Both the position numbers and the translations under genes were made by a program. A stretch of DNA of 64,000 nt from Candidatus Hydrogenedentota bacterium (GTDB taxonomy: Bacteria; Hydrogenedentota; Hydrogenedentia; Hydrogenedentales; SLHB01). The stretch lies in assembly GCA_045863335.1 (NCBI GenBank), contig BTVY01000019.1, forward strand, positions 32,001 through 96,000, read 5' to 3'. Within the stretch, counting starts at the first letter, position 1, and each line of letters starts with the position of its first letter. Below are positions 18,807-27,991 of this stretch, one piece after another. The notes under the pieces are model-generated. The model was not told the DNA's origin. It saw nothing but the letters and a program-made list of their open reading frames with translations, and did no database searches.

Positions 18807-20828
18807 ATGCCTGTGCCACGTGGAGTGCATATCCTGCTTGCGGCTGCGATCATCGCTGGGCTGGCAATGTTGCTCACTGCGCGATCGCTGCAAAGCGGGT
18901 TCGCCACGGACGATCATTTTGCGCGCGCGACATTCAATGGGTTCCCAGGCATCCCTGAGTACGAGAACGACGCCTTCAACGCATTCCTTTTTTCCCGCGG
19001 CGACCCGGAGCAGAATCGGGCATTGATGAATCGGGGCGTCTTCCCCTGGTGGACCGTGCCGGCGGCGCGGCTGGCCTTCTGGCGGCCTATGGCGACGTGG
19101 TCGCATTATTTCGATTACCGCGTGTGGGGTGACAATCCCTGGCCCATGCATCTGGAGAACATGCTGCTGTACGGGCTGGTCTGCCTTTTCGCGGCATTGC
19201 TGTACTGGCGGCTCATGGAGCCTCCCTGGGTGGCATTCTTCGCCGCGCTCCTGTTCACCATCGATGAAAACAATGGCCACGCCGTGGGTTGGCTGGCCAA
19301 CCGGAACATGCTGATGGCGGCCGCCTGCGTGATCCTGATCCTGCTCATTCATGACGGCTGGCGCCGGTCGGGCATGAAATCGTGCGCGGTGCTGGGTCCG
19401 CTCGTACTGGCTTTCGGTTTCCTGTGCGCGGAAGCCGTGATCGCAGTGGGCGGTTACCTGCTCGCCTACGCCTTGTTTCTCGACAAGGGCAAGTGGCCAC
19501 ACCGATTGATAACGCTCCTGCCGTATGGCGTCGTCGTTATCATATGGAATGTCTTTTACCGGAGTTCGGGGTTTGGCTCCGCCGGTTCCGGATGGTATAC
19601 GGACCCCGCCAGCAATCCGGTCGGGTTTTTAGGAGCGCTTTCGCAACACCTGCCGATCCTGCTGGCCGATCTTTTTCTCATGTGGCCGTCGCCGCTTCTG
19701 AACCAATTCAACGCCGCGCAGTTCCCCTATATCGTCGCGTTGCTGGGTTTGGTCGTCGTCGGAATTCTGTTGCTGCTAGTGCCCATGCTCAAGCGCGATC
19801 CCGTTTCGCGATTCTGGCTGCTCGGGCTTGTGCTGGCGCTCGTACCGGTCTGCGCGGTGACGCCGCAACCGCGCGTCGTTCTGATCGCGGGCATCGGTTG
19901 TGCGCCGTTGATAGCGCGCTTCCTTACGGCCTGGGCGACGCCGCGCCAATGGCTCGGGTTTGCAGGCGTCCTCGCCGTTCTTGGTCTCATCGCCGTCACA
20001 GTCGGCATCCCAACCCTGTCCTTTTACACGCAAGCGGCGCTGATCGCGACGACTCTACTTGTCATCGCCGTGCTGCTGCGGTTCGCGACGGCGCGGGCGG
20101 AGTGGATGCCCCACTCCAAGGCGTGGCGCATTCCCGCGGCGGTGCTTGCGTTCTTGTGGGTTATCTTTCACGGGATCGCGGCGCCCATCGCCATGCCGGG
20201 ATCGAGCATGCTGCTGGGCGTCTCGGCGAAAAAGATGGAACGCGCCTACGCGGCCATTCCGTCCGCTCCAGAAGTGGCGGACCGCACGGTCGTGTTGCTG
20301 CGTGCGCCGACGGATTTCATGCCGTGGCATTTCGCGTTGATCCGCGCATCGCTGAATATCCCCTACCCGGGGCGCATGCGCGTGCTGTCGTCGGGCAATC
20401 GCAGCGTAAGGGTCGAACGCGTGGACGAACGCACGCTGCGCCTGAGCGCCGACCCCAACCTGATTGGGAACGCGTCCACGAGCGTGTTTCGCGCGCCGAC
20501 GGTCCCGATGCACCCGGGAGACATCGTGGAACTCGATGGGATGACCGTGACGGTGCTTGCTGTGGACGGCAAGGGGATGCCCGCCGCCGCGGAATACCGC
20601 TTCGACCTGCCCTTGGATCACACAAGTGTGGACGTGATCACCGTCGCGGACGTCCCGTACAAGCTGGTGAATATCAACCGGTACATTCAAACGGAGACGT
20701 ACGTGCCGATTTCTTTGCCGGCGGAGGGAAGCTCTGCCCAACTGGAAGAATTGGTAGAACAGAGCGCCGTGTATCAGGAACTCAATACGCGCGACGCCGC
20801 GGACGATACACGCGCATCAGAATCCTGA
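18807..20828 (+). CDS. GT-C-like polytopic membrane protein
   Basis: GFATDD after TM1, FWRP, VGWLANR, multiple TMs and a soluble C-terminal domain; the longer ORF in the track overlaps HU, so the start was moved. Confidence 0.7.
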   Translation: MPVPRGVHILLAAAIIAGLAMLLTARSLQSGFATDDHFARATFNGFPGIPEYENDAFNAFLFSRGDPEQNRALMNRGVFPWWTVPAARLAFWRPMATWSHYFDYRVWGDNPWPMHLENMLLYGLVCLFAALLYWRLMEPPWVAFFAALLFTIDENNGHAVGWLANRNMLMAAACVILILLIHDGWRRSGMKSCAVLGPLVLAFGFLCAEAVIAVGGYLLAYALFLDKGKWPHRLITLLPYGVVVIIWNVFYRSSGFGSAGSGWYTDPASNPVGFLGALSQHLPILLADLFLMWPSPLLNQFNAAQFPYIVALLGLVVVGILLLLVPMLKRDPVSRFWLLGLVLALVPVCAVTPQPRVVLIAGIGCAPLIARFLTAWATPRQWLGFAGVLAVLGLIAVTVGIPTLSFYTQAALIATTLLVIAVLLRFATARAEWMPHSKAWRIPAAVLAFLWVIFHGIAAPIAMPGSSMLLGVSAKKMERAYAAIPSAPEVADRTVVLLRAPTDFMPWHFALIRASLNIPYPGRMRVLSSGNRSVRVERVDERTLRLSADPNLIGNASTSVFRAPTVPMHPGDIVELDGMTVTVLAVDGKGMPAAAEYRFDLPLDHTSVDVITVADVPYKLVNINRYIQTETYVPISLPAEGSSAQLEELVEQSAVYQELNTRDAADDTRASES

Positions 20829-20834
20829 GGGATC

Positions 20835-22544
20835 ATGTCCGGTCTTGACCCGAGACAGCGCTCCGGCCTTTTGGCCTTGGCGTTGGCGTGCTGTGCGGTC
20901 GCGTTGTACGCGCGCACGATGGCTTTCCCCTTCGTCTATTTCGACGACGACATGTACGTATTCCAGAATTCCATCGTGTCTTCCGGCCTTACGGGCGCAG
21001 GGGTGGTTTGGGCGTTTACAACCGGCCACCTCGCGAACTGGCATCCGCTCACCTGGGTATCCCACATGATCGACGCGCAGTGCTTCGGCATGTGGGCGGG
21101 CGGGCATCATGCGGTAAACGTACTGATTCACGGCGCCAACACGGCCATGCTCTTCCTGGCGCTGCGCGCGTTGACGGGCGCGACGCTTCGAAGCGCGTTC
21201 GTGGCGCTACTGTTTGCCGTGCACCCGGTCAACGTGGAATCGGTCGCGTGGATTTCCGAGCGGAAGAACGTGCTCAGCACGTTCTTCCTTCTGGCGACAC
21301 TGATGGCCTACGTCCGCCACGTCGAACTGCCTGGCTTTCGCCGGTACTTGGTGGTCTCCGTCATTTTCCTGCTCGGCCTGATGACGAAACCCATGCTGGT
21401 AACCCTGCCCTTCGTCCTGTTGCTTCTCGATTACTGGCCGTTGAACCGGTATGCGGGCCGCACGCCCATGCAGGCATTGCGACGCTTCGGACGCCTGGCA
21501 TACGAGAAGATCCCATTGTTTGCGGTCTCGGTTGTCTCATCGATGGTCACCTACGCCGCGCAGCATCGTGGCGAAGCGATGTCGGCGATGGCCGAGTTGC
21601 CTTTCGACGCGCGGCTTGCGAATGCCGTTCTCGCGTATGGGGCGTATTTGAAGCATCTCCTGTGGCCCGCAGGACTCGCGGCCATCTATCCCCATTCGGG
21701 AGAATCCTATTCGCTCGTCACGGTTTTCGTGGCGCTTGGAATACTTGCAGCCATATCCTTCGCGGCGGTTGCCCTGATTCGTCGCGCGCCGTATCTCTTT
21801 GTGGGATGGTTCTGGTTTGCCGGTACCCTCGTGCCCGTGATCGGCCTCGTCCAGATCGGCTATCAATCCATGGCTGACCGCTATCTCTATGTTCCCGCTA
21901 TCGGCGTGTTCACCGCCGTCGTGTGGGGGATTGCGGACTTTTGTGAAGACCGTCCGTTGCGGCGACGCATCGCTTTGTGGACGGGCGCGGCCTGCGTCGC
22001 ACTGCTCGCCGCTGTCTGCTGGCGGCAGATGACCTATTGGCGGGGGACGGTACCCTTGTTCGAGCGCGCGATCGCGGTCACCGAAACGAACGCGGAAGCG
22101 CACAATCACCTCGCGTACTACTACCTGACCCAGAACGAACCGGAAAAGGCGATCCCGCACTGCGAAGCGGCGCAGGAGGACCGTCCTGGCCTGGCGGCCA
22201 CGTATACGAACTGGGGCGCGGCACTGCGGATGATGGGAGACGCGCAGGGCGCCATTGCGAAATACGAGGAGGCCTTGCGGCTCAAGGCCGGCGACTCGGT
22301 GATCCATACGAACCTCGGCATCGCGCTGCTCCAGTCGGGCCGAAACGACGATTCGCGCAAGCACCTGGAAGAAGCGGTCCGAATTGATCCCCGGTCGGCC
22401 TCCGCGCATGCCTACCTGGGCGCCGCGCTTGCCGCGATGGGGATGCCGGAGGATGCCAAAGCCCACTTCGAAAGAGCCCTGGAAATCGATCCCGAATACG
22501 AACTGGCCCGTTCCGCGCTGGACGCTTTGTCGACGATCCCCTAG
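20835..22544 (+). CDS. TMTC-like (protein O-mannosyltransferase-like) membrane protein with TPR repeats
   Basis: FVYFDD, NWHPLTW, HPVNVESVAWISERK, ADRYLY; C-terminal TPRs. Confidence 0.85.
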   Translation: MSGLDPRQRSGLLALALACCAVALYARTMAFPFVYFDDDMYVFQNSIVSSGLTGAGVVWAFTTGHLANWHPLTWVSHMIDAQCFGMWAGGHHAVNVLIHGANTAMLFLALRALTGATLRSAFVALLFAVHPVNVESVAWISERKNVLSTFFLLATLMAYVRHVELPGFRRYLVVSVIFLLGLMTKPMLVTLPFVLLLLDYWPLNRYAGRTPMQALRRFGRLAYEKIPLFAVSVVSSMVTYAAQHRGEAMSAMAELPFDARLANAVLAYGAYLKHLLWPAGLAAIYPHSGESYSLVTVFVALGILAAISFAAVALIRRAPYLFVGWFWFAGTLVPVIGLVQIGYQSMADRYLYVPAIGVFTAVVWGIADFCEDRPLRRRIALWTGAACVALLAAVCWRQMTYWRGTVPLFERAIAVTETNAEAHNHLAYYYLTQNEPEKAIPHCEAAQEDRPGLAATYTNWGAALRMMGDAQGAIAKYEEALRLKAGDSVIHTNLGIALLQSGRNDDSRKHLEEAVRIDPRSASAHAYLGAALAAMGMPEDAKAHFERALEIDPEYELARSALDALSTIP

Positions 22545-22600
22545 AATAGTTCCCGAGCAATGTGCCGTTGCCGTCCGATTCTCGAGAGGGAGGTCACGCC

Positions 22601-23563
22601 ATGGGAACAGGGGGATTCCAGGATGCAGGCGGGCGCATGCGCGTCATGGACGCCGTGCAGGCATCCATCGACCGCACGCGCACGATGTTGTTCGAGCCAT
22701 TCGATTTCGAGCGTTGGCTCACGTTCGGGGTAATCGCGTTTCTCGATATCTTTCTGGCCGGCGGTGGCCTGTCCCGATCCGGCGCGCGGTTCTCGGGTCA
22801 AGGGCAAGGGGGCTCGCAGTCTTCGCCAAATCTGGACGGCGTGGCGGAGTGGTTGGGTGAGAATGCCGTTTTGATTGTGATGATCGCCGTCCCTCTTATC
22901 CTGATCGCGTTGGCGATTCATGTGGGACTCATGTACGTGGGGTGTCGCGGCCAGGTCATGTTTGTACGCTCCGTATCCATGAACGGCGGCAAGCTGGGCG
23001 AGCACTGGAGCGCCGTAAAGCAGCCCGCGTGGTCACTGTTCCTCTTCCGGCTCGGGCTGCTCGCCGTTTGGCTGGTATTCGTGCTTGTCCTGATTCTGTT
23101 CTTTCTCGTTGCGGTCGGGTTGCAGGGTGGATTCCGATCCGGTGAGGCGCTGCTGTATACCCTGATTCCCTTTGGCCTCGTAGTAGTGGCGGGATGGGTA
23201 GTTCTGGCGTTGATTCAGGTCATGTTGCGGGCCTTCGTCGTGCCCCTCATGTGGGCGCGCGATCTGTCGTGCACGGAAGCCTGGCAGGTGTTCGTTCCCC
23301 TTGCGAAGGCAAACGCGGGCTCCCTCGCCGGATTCGTCCTGATCAAGATCGCATATAGCATCGGATTCAGTATCGCGACGCTGTTCGTGGGTTGTCTGAC
23401 CTGTTGCATCGGCTTGCTGCCCGTCGTTCATCACACGTTGTTCGCGCCGTTCTATGTGTTTGACCGGGCTTTTCCGATGGAAATGCTGGCCATGTCGGGG
23501 GAGGACGAGGGCACGTTGTTTGCCCCCGTGCCATATGAGGCGCCGCCGCCCCTGGTCCGCTGA
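22601..23563 (+). CDS. Conserved hypothetical membrane protein
   Basis: GGAGG RBS; LFEPFDFERWL N-terminal motif, multiple TMs, GCLTCC. Confidence 0.7.
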   Translation: MGTGGFQDAGGRMRVMDAVQASIDRTRTMLFEPFDFERWLTFGVIAFLDIFLAGGGLSRSGARFSGQGQGGSQSSPNLDGVAEWLGENAVLIVMIAVPLILIALAIHVGLMYVGCRGQVMFVRSVSMNGGKLGEHWSAVKQPAWSLFLFRLGLLAVWLVFVLVLILFFLVAVGLQGGFRSGEALLYTLIPFGLVVVAGWVVLALIQVMLRAFVVPLMWARDLSCTEAWQVFVPLAKANAGSLAGFVLIKIAYSIGFSIATLFVGCLTCCIGLLPVVHHTLFAPFYVFDRAFPMEMLAMSGEDEGTLFAPVPYEAPPPLVR

Positions 23564-23581
23564 CGCGAAGGCCGCGGGCGA

Positions 23582-25003
23582 TCAGGCGAGGATTTCGTGG
23601 ATCACGTGGCCGTGCACGTCGGTCAGGCGGCGGTCGATCCCGTTATGGCGGACCGTGAGCTTCTCGTGATCGATTCCGAGCAGATACAACACGGTGGCGT
23701 GGAGATCGTAGCAGTAAGTCGGTTTGTCGACGGCCTTGTAGGACCACTCGTCGCTCTCGCCGTACGAGACGCCGCCTTTGAATCCGCCGCCCGCCACCCA
23801 CGAGGTGAAGGTGAAGGGGTTGTGATCGCGGCCTGCGCTGCCCTGGCTGCAGGGCATGCGCCCGAACTCCGTGGTCCAGATGACGATCGTGTCGTCCAGC
23901 ATGCCCCGGCCCTTGAGGTCTTTCAGGAGCGCCGCGGCCGGTTTGTCCATACTGCCCGCCATGTCGGCGTGATCCTTCTTGAGATCTTCGTGCGAATCCC
24001 AATTCCGGCGGGGGAACCCGTTGTCCGCGCCGCTCCAGACCTGAACGAATCGGACGCCCCGCTCCAGCAAACGGCGGGCGACCAGACAGTTCCGGCCGAA
24101 GTCTTCCGTGACAGGGTCGTCGAGTCCGTACAACTTCCGCGTCAACTCCGATTCACCGGAAAGATTCAACACTTCCGGCGCGCTCAATTGCAGCTTGGCC
24201 GCCATCTCGTAGCTGGCGATGCGCGCGTTGAGCCGCGAATCACCCATCCGGCTCGCTTCGTGTTCGCGGTTGAGCGCGTTCAGCACCTCCAGCGCTTCCG
24301 CGTCTCCCTCCGGTGTAACGTAGGTGCCGTCCGGCGGGTGGAGGTCCGCGATAGGATTCGATGCGGCAGGGCGAATGAGCGTTCCTTGATGGTCCGATGG
24401 GAGAAATCCCGCGGACCAGTTCTTCGGGCCGCCCGGTGCGAACCCGCGGGAGTCCGGCAACACAACAAAGGTGGGCAGTTCGTCCGTCTCGCTGCCCAGG
24501 CCGTAGCTGACCCAGGAACCGATGCTGGGGAAACCCGGCAGCACAAAGCCCGTTGTCTGCATGAAAGTCGCGGGACCATGGACATTCGACTTGGCGATCA
24601 TCGCGTGGAGGAAGGCCATGTCGTCGACACACTCGGCCAGGTGAGGCACCAGTCCGCTCACCCACTTGCCGCATTCGCCGTGTTGTTTCCACTCCCAGGG
24701 ACAAGGCATGACGAAGCCGGGGTCGCTCTGAAACAGTTCGACTTTCTCGCCGGGATCGAAGGGCTCGTTGGCACGCTTGATGAGTTCCGGCTTGTAATCG
24801 AAGGTGTCGACCTGGCTGGCGGCGCCGGACATGAAGAGCTGAATCACGCGCTTCGCCTTGGGAGGGTGATGGAGTCCGTTCAGTGCGCCCGTGTGTCGTT
24901 GGGTTGCTGAGGAAGCGTAGGCGTGTTCGCGGCCCAACAAATGGGCTAACGCGATTCCACCCAATCCACCGCCAAAATGCCAGAGAAACGATCGTCTATC
25001 CAT
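23582..25003 (-). CDS. DUF1501 family protein (Tat-exported, sulfatase-like)
   Basis: MDRRSFL Tat motif, AKRVIQLFMSGAASQVDTFDYKP, ARRLLERGVRFVQ, EFGRMP, GRDHNP. Confidence 0.92.
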   Translation of the reverse strand: MDRRSFLWHFGGGLGGIALAHLLGREHAYASSATQRHTGALNGLHHPPKAKRVIQLFMSGAASQVDTFDYKPELIKRANEPFDPGEKVELFQSDPGFVMPCPWEWKQHGECGKWVSGLVPHLAECVDDMAFLHAMIAKSNVHGPATFMQTTGFVLPGFPSIGSWVSYGLGSETDELPTFVVLPDSRGFAPGGPKNWSAGFLPSDHQGTLIRPAASNPIADLHPPDGTYVTPEGDAEALEVLNALNREHEASRMGDSRLNARIASYEMAAKLQLSAPEVLNLSGESELTRKLYGLDDPVTEDFGRNCLVARRLLERGVRFVQVWSGADNGFPRRNWDSHEDLKKDHADMAGSMDKPAAALLKDLKGRGMLDDTIVIWTTEFGRMPCSQGSAGRDHNPFTFTSWVAGGGFKGGVSYGESDEWSYKAVDKPTYCYDLHATVLYLLGIDHEKLTVRHNGIDRRLTDVHGHVIHEILA

Positions 25004-25262
25004 GTCGAACCTTGCGCATTGGTTTCGCGATATGCGTTTGAGACGGCGTGTGACGCCTAACACCAGGAAAACCTGAGTCGAGTATATCACGGCTCCAGCG
25101 GGGAAGCCGTGAGCCACACGCGCGCCCGCCCAAACAGGCAATCCATTTGCGTTTTAATCGTGAATTATGGCACGATTTCCGCCGCCGCGGGTCCTGCCTG
25201 CGGTGCCGATGGCACCATTGCCGCGTCATCGTTGGGGGATATTAACAAGGGGGAGTCCGTTC

Positions 25263-26411
25263 ATGGACGTATTTCCTGCCGCGGATCCGATTCCGTTGCC
25301 GGCGCCGGTGTGGTTGTTCAAGGCGCTGCATTCGGTCACGCTGGTGCTGCATTTCTTTTCGGTGCACTTTCTCGTCGGAGGACTCCTCCTCGCGATTATT
25401 TGGTCCTTTGTGGGCCGTTCCCGAAAAGATGCAGTGCTGCTGAACGCTTCCGGCATGGTGACGCATCGCCTGCCGATCGTGATGACCTACGTGATCAATC
25501 TAGGCGTGCCGCCGTTGCTGTTTACCCAGGTGCTGTACGGGCGCGGTCTTTATACGAGCAGCGTCCTCATTGGCGCGTGGTGGATCAGCGTCGTCGCCTT
25601 GCTCATCGTTTCGTACACCTTCCTCTACATCATGAGCAGCCGCGCCGAATCGGGGCGCGCGGCCGGTTGGGCAGGGCTCATCGCGCTGATCGTGGTACTG
25701 AAAATCGGGTTCATCTACACGAACAATATGACCCTCATGCTCCGGCCGGACGTGTGGGGGGCCATGTACGAGAACAGCGCGGCCGGCGTGCAGTTTCATT
25801 CCGGCGATCCCACGATGATGCCGCGGTGGCTCTACATGATTCTTGGATCCATCGGCGTTGCCGGAATCGCGCTGCTGTTCATCGGCATGAAGAGCACCGT
25901 TGACGACGGGGTTGCGGGACTCCTCACGCGGTGGGGCGGACGCTTGCTCGCCGGATTCACCGTCGTTCAAATCGCGCTCGGGTTCTGGGTGTTTCGCACG
26001 CAGCCCGAGGCCGTGCGCGCCGGTCTCACCAGCGGCGCGGCTTATCCCGCGATGATGGGCCTTTGGGCGGTATCGGCCTTGGCGGCGATCGGACTAGGCG
26101 TGATGGTCGCGCGTAGAACCCGCGTGCACGGGGGGCTTGTTTCAATCGCCGCATTGGCGGCGTTTCTGAATGTATTCGCCATGGTGCTTCTGCGCGACGG
26201 CATTCGCGATCTTACGCTCGCTGCGGCTGGTTTCGACGTGTGGGCGCGCGAGGTCGCAACCAACTGGTCGATCGTCATTATCTTTCTCCTCTGTTTCATG
26301 CTTGCGCTGGTCATGATGGTCTGGTTGATCTCCGTCGTGGCGCGGGCCAAGGCACAGCCGGAATCCTACGCCGCGTTCGCGGATGGATTGGTTGAAAAGG
26401 AGGTCGTGTAA
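25263..26411 (+). CDS. Cytochrome bd-like oxidase partner subunit (CydA'-like membrane protein)
   Basis: LHFFSVHFLVGG in TM1, INLGVPPLLFTQVLYG, about 9 TMs; first gene of the Rieske/cyt b operon. Confidence 0.6.
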   Translation: MDVFPAADPIPLPAPVWLFKALHSVTLVLHFFSVHFLVGGLLLAIIWSFVGRSRKDAVLLNASGMVTHRLPIVMTYVINLGVPPLLFTQVLYGRGLYTSSVLIGAWWISVVALLIVSYTFLYIMSSRAESGRAAGWAGLIALIVVLKIGFIYTNNMTLMLRPDVWGAMYENSAAGVQFHSGDPTMMPRWLYMILGSIGVAGIALLFIGMKSTVDDGVAGLLTRWGGRLLAGFTVVQIALGFWVFRTQPEAVRAGLTSGAAYPAMMGLWAVSALAAIGLGVMVARRTRVHGGLVSIAALAAFLNVFAMVLLRDGIRDLTLAAAGFDVWAREVATNWSIVIIFLLCFMLALVMMVWLISVVARAKAQPESYAAFADGLVEKEVV

Positions 26412-26414
26412 CTC

Positions 26415-26906
26415 ATGGCCGATGCCACGCTGGATTCGATGGAAACGCCCGAAGAAAACGGCAGCGCCTCGCCGACGCGCCGCGCGTTTGTGAAGGCGGG
26501 ATTCGGTTTGGTCGGCGCGTGCTACGCGGGCGCGATCGGCTATCCCATTTACCGGTACCTGGCCACCCCCGCCGTGCGCGCCGCGGAGATGGGGGCCATC
26601 ACCGAGGTGGCTTTTCCGGAGACGGACATGCCGCCCGCGGGTTCCGCGCTGCGCTTCATGTTCGGACCACGCCCGGCCATGCTCATTCATCACACCGACG
26701 GCAGCGTGGTTTGTTTCGACGCCGTGTGCACGCATCTGGGATGCACGGTCGAGTTCCAACCCGACCAGAACCGCATTCATTGCGCATGCCATGGGGGCAA
26801 TTACGACATGCACACCGGCAAGAACGTGGCGGGCCCGCCGCCGAAGCCGTTGCGTCAATTCAATGTGGAGGTTGTCGATGGGCAGATCGTCGTCTCTCGC
26901 GCCTAG
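26415..26906 (+). CDS. Rieske [2Fe-2S] protein of a Rieske/cytochrome b complex
   Basis: TRRAF Tat-type anchor; CTHLGC and CACHGG boxes; GPPPKPL. Confidence 0.93.
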   Translation: MADATLDSMETPEENGSASPTRRAFVKAGFGLVGACYAGAIGYPIYRYLATPAVRAAEMGAITEVAFPETDMPPAGSALRFMFGPRPAMLIHHTDGSVVCFDAVCTHLGCTVEFQPDQNRIHCACHGGNYDMHTGKNVAGPPPKPLRQFNVEVVDGQIVVSRA

Positions 26907-27981
26907 CGCTATACAATCCGGCCTGTATCGTTGGTTGGACGCGCGCTTGGGGCTTGCTGAACTTCGGGCCATGGCCCGGAAGAAGGAAGTGCCGCAGCAC
27001 CGCCATTCGTTCTGGTACTACTGGGGCGGGATCACGCTTTTCCTATTTCTCATTCAACTGATCAGCGGAATCCTCTTGCTCGTCTACTACCGGCCCGGCG
27101 CGGACGCTTATGATTCGGTCCGTCAGATTACGTACGACATCGAGTTCGGCTGGCTGATCCGGTCGGCCCATTCGTGGTCGGCCAATCTCATGGTGCTTGC
27201 CGCCTTCGTTCACATGTTCTCCGTGTTTTTCATGAAGGCGTACCGCAACCCGCGCGAACTCGGGTGGTGGAGCGGTTTGGCCCTGCTCGGACTGACGATG
27301 GTCTTCGGGTTCAGCGGCTACCTCTTGCCCATGGACGAACTGGCCTTCTTCGCGACCAAGGTGGGGCTTGAAATTCCCGCCAGTATCCCGGGAGTCGGCG
27401 CGATCATCGTTACGCTGGTCCAGGGCGGCGAATCGGTAACGGCGGTGACCATTCAACGGTTCTTCGCGTTGCACGTCGTCGTGCTGCCCATGGTGTTCAT
27501 GGCCATTCTCGCGTTTCATCTGTGGCTCGTGCAGAAGCACGGCAACGCGGTGCCGCCAAGCGAAGAACTCGTGCCCGAGACCGAACGCCGGTCCATCCCG
27601 TTCTTTCCGAACTTTCTGGCGAAGGATCTTGCCATGTGGCTGATCGCGCTCAACGTGCTCGCGATTCTCGCCTCGATGTATCCCTGGCAATTGGGCGCGC
27701 CCGCCGATCCCGCGGCGCCCGCGCCCGAAGGCATTCATCCCGAATGGTATTTCATGAGCCAGTTCCAAGCGCTGAAGGTTCTCGGGAATTGGTTGCCGGG
27801 CGTAACCGGCGAATTCGCGGGCATTGCGCTGTTCGGGATCGGCGGATTGCTTTGGGGCCTGATTCCGCTGTTTGACACCAGCAGCCGGGCCGGCGCGCGC
27901 GCGCGGGCGGCCACGTGGTTCGGCGTTATCGCGTTGTTCGGTTTGATCGCCCTTACAATCTGGGGCTACGCCGAGGTATAG
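26878..27981 (+). CDS. Cytochrome b with fused subunit-IV region
   Basis: Four heme His (RSAHSW...VHMF; LHV...FHL), GYLLP, PEWY; GGAGG RBS before ATG 26878. Confidence 0.92.
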   Translation: MGRSSSLAPSAIQSGLYRWLDARLGLAELRAMARKKEVPQHRHSFWYYWGGITLFLFLIQLISGILLLVYYRPGADAYDSVRQITYDIEFGWLIRSAHSWSANLMVLAAFVHMFSVFFMKAYRNPRELGWWSGLALLGLTMVFGFSGYLLPMDELAFFATKVGLEIPASIPGVGAIIVTLVQGGESVTAVTIQRFFALHVVVLPMVFMAILAFHLWLVQKHGNAVPPSEELVPETERRSIPFFPNFLAKDLAMWLIALNVLAILASMYPWQLGAPADPAAPAPEGIHPEWYFMSQFQALKVLGNWLPGVTGEFAGIALFGIGGLLWGLIPLFDTSSRAGARARAATWFGVIALFGLIALTIWGYAEV

Positions 27982-27991
27982 GAGAGTTGGA

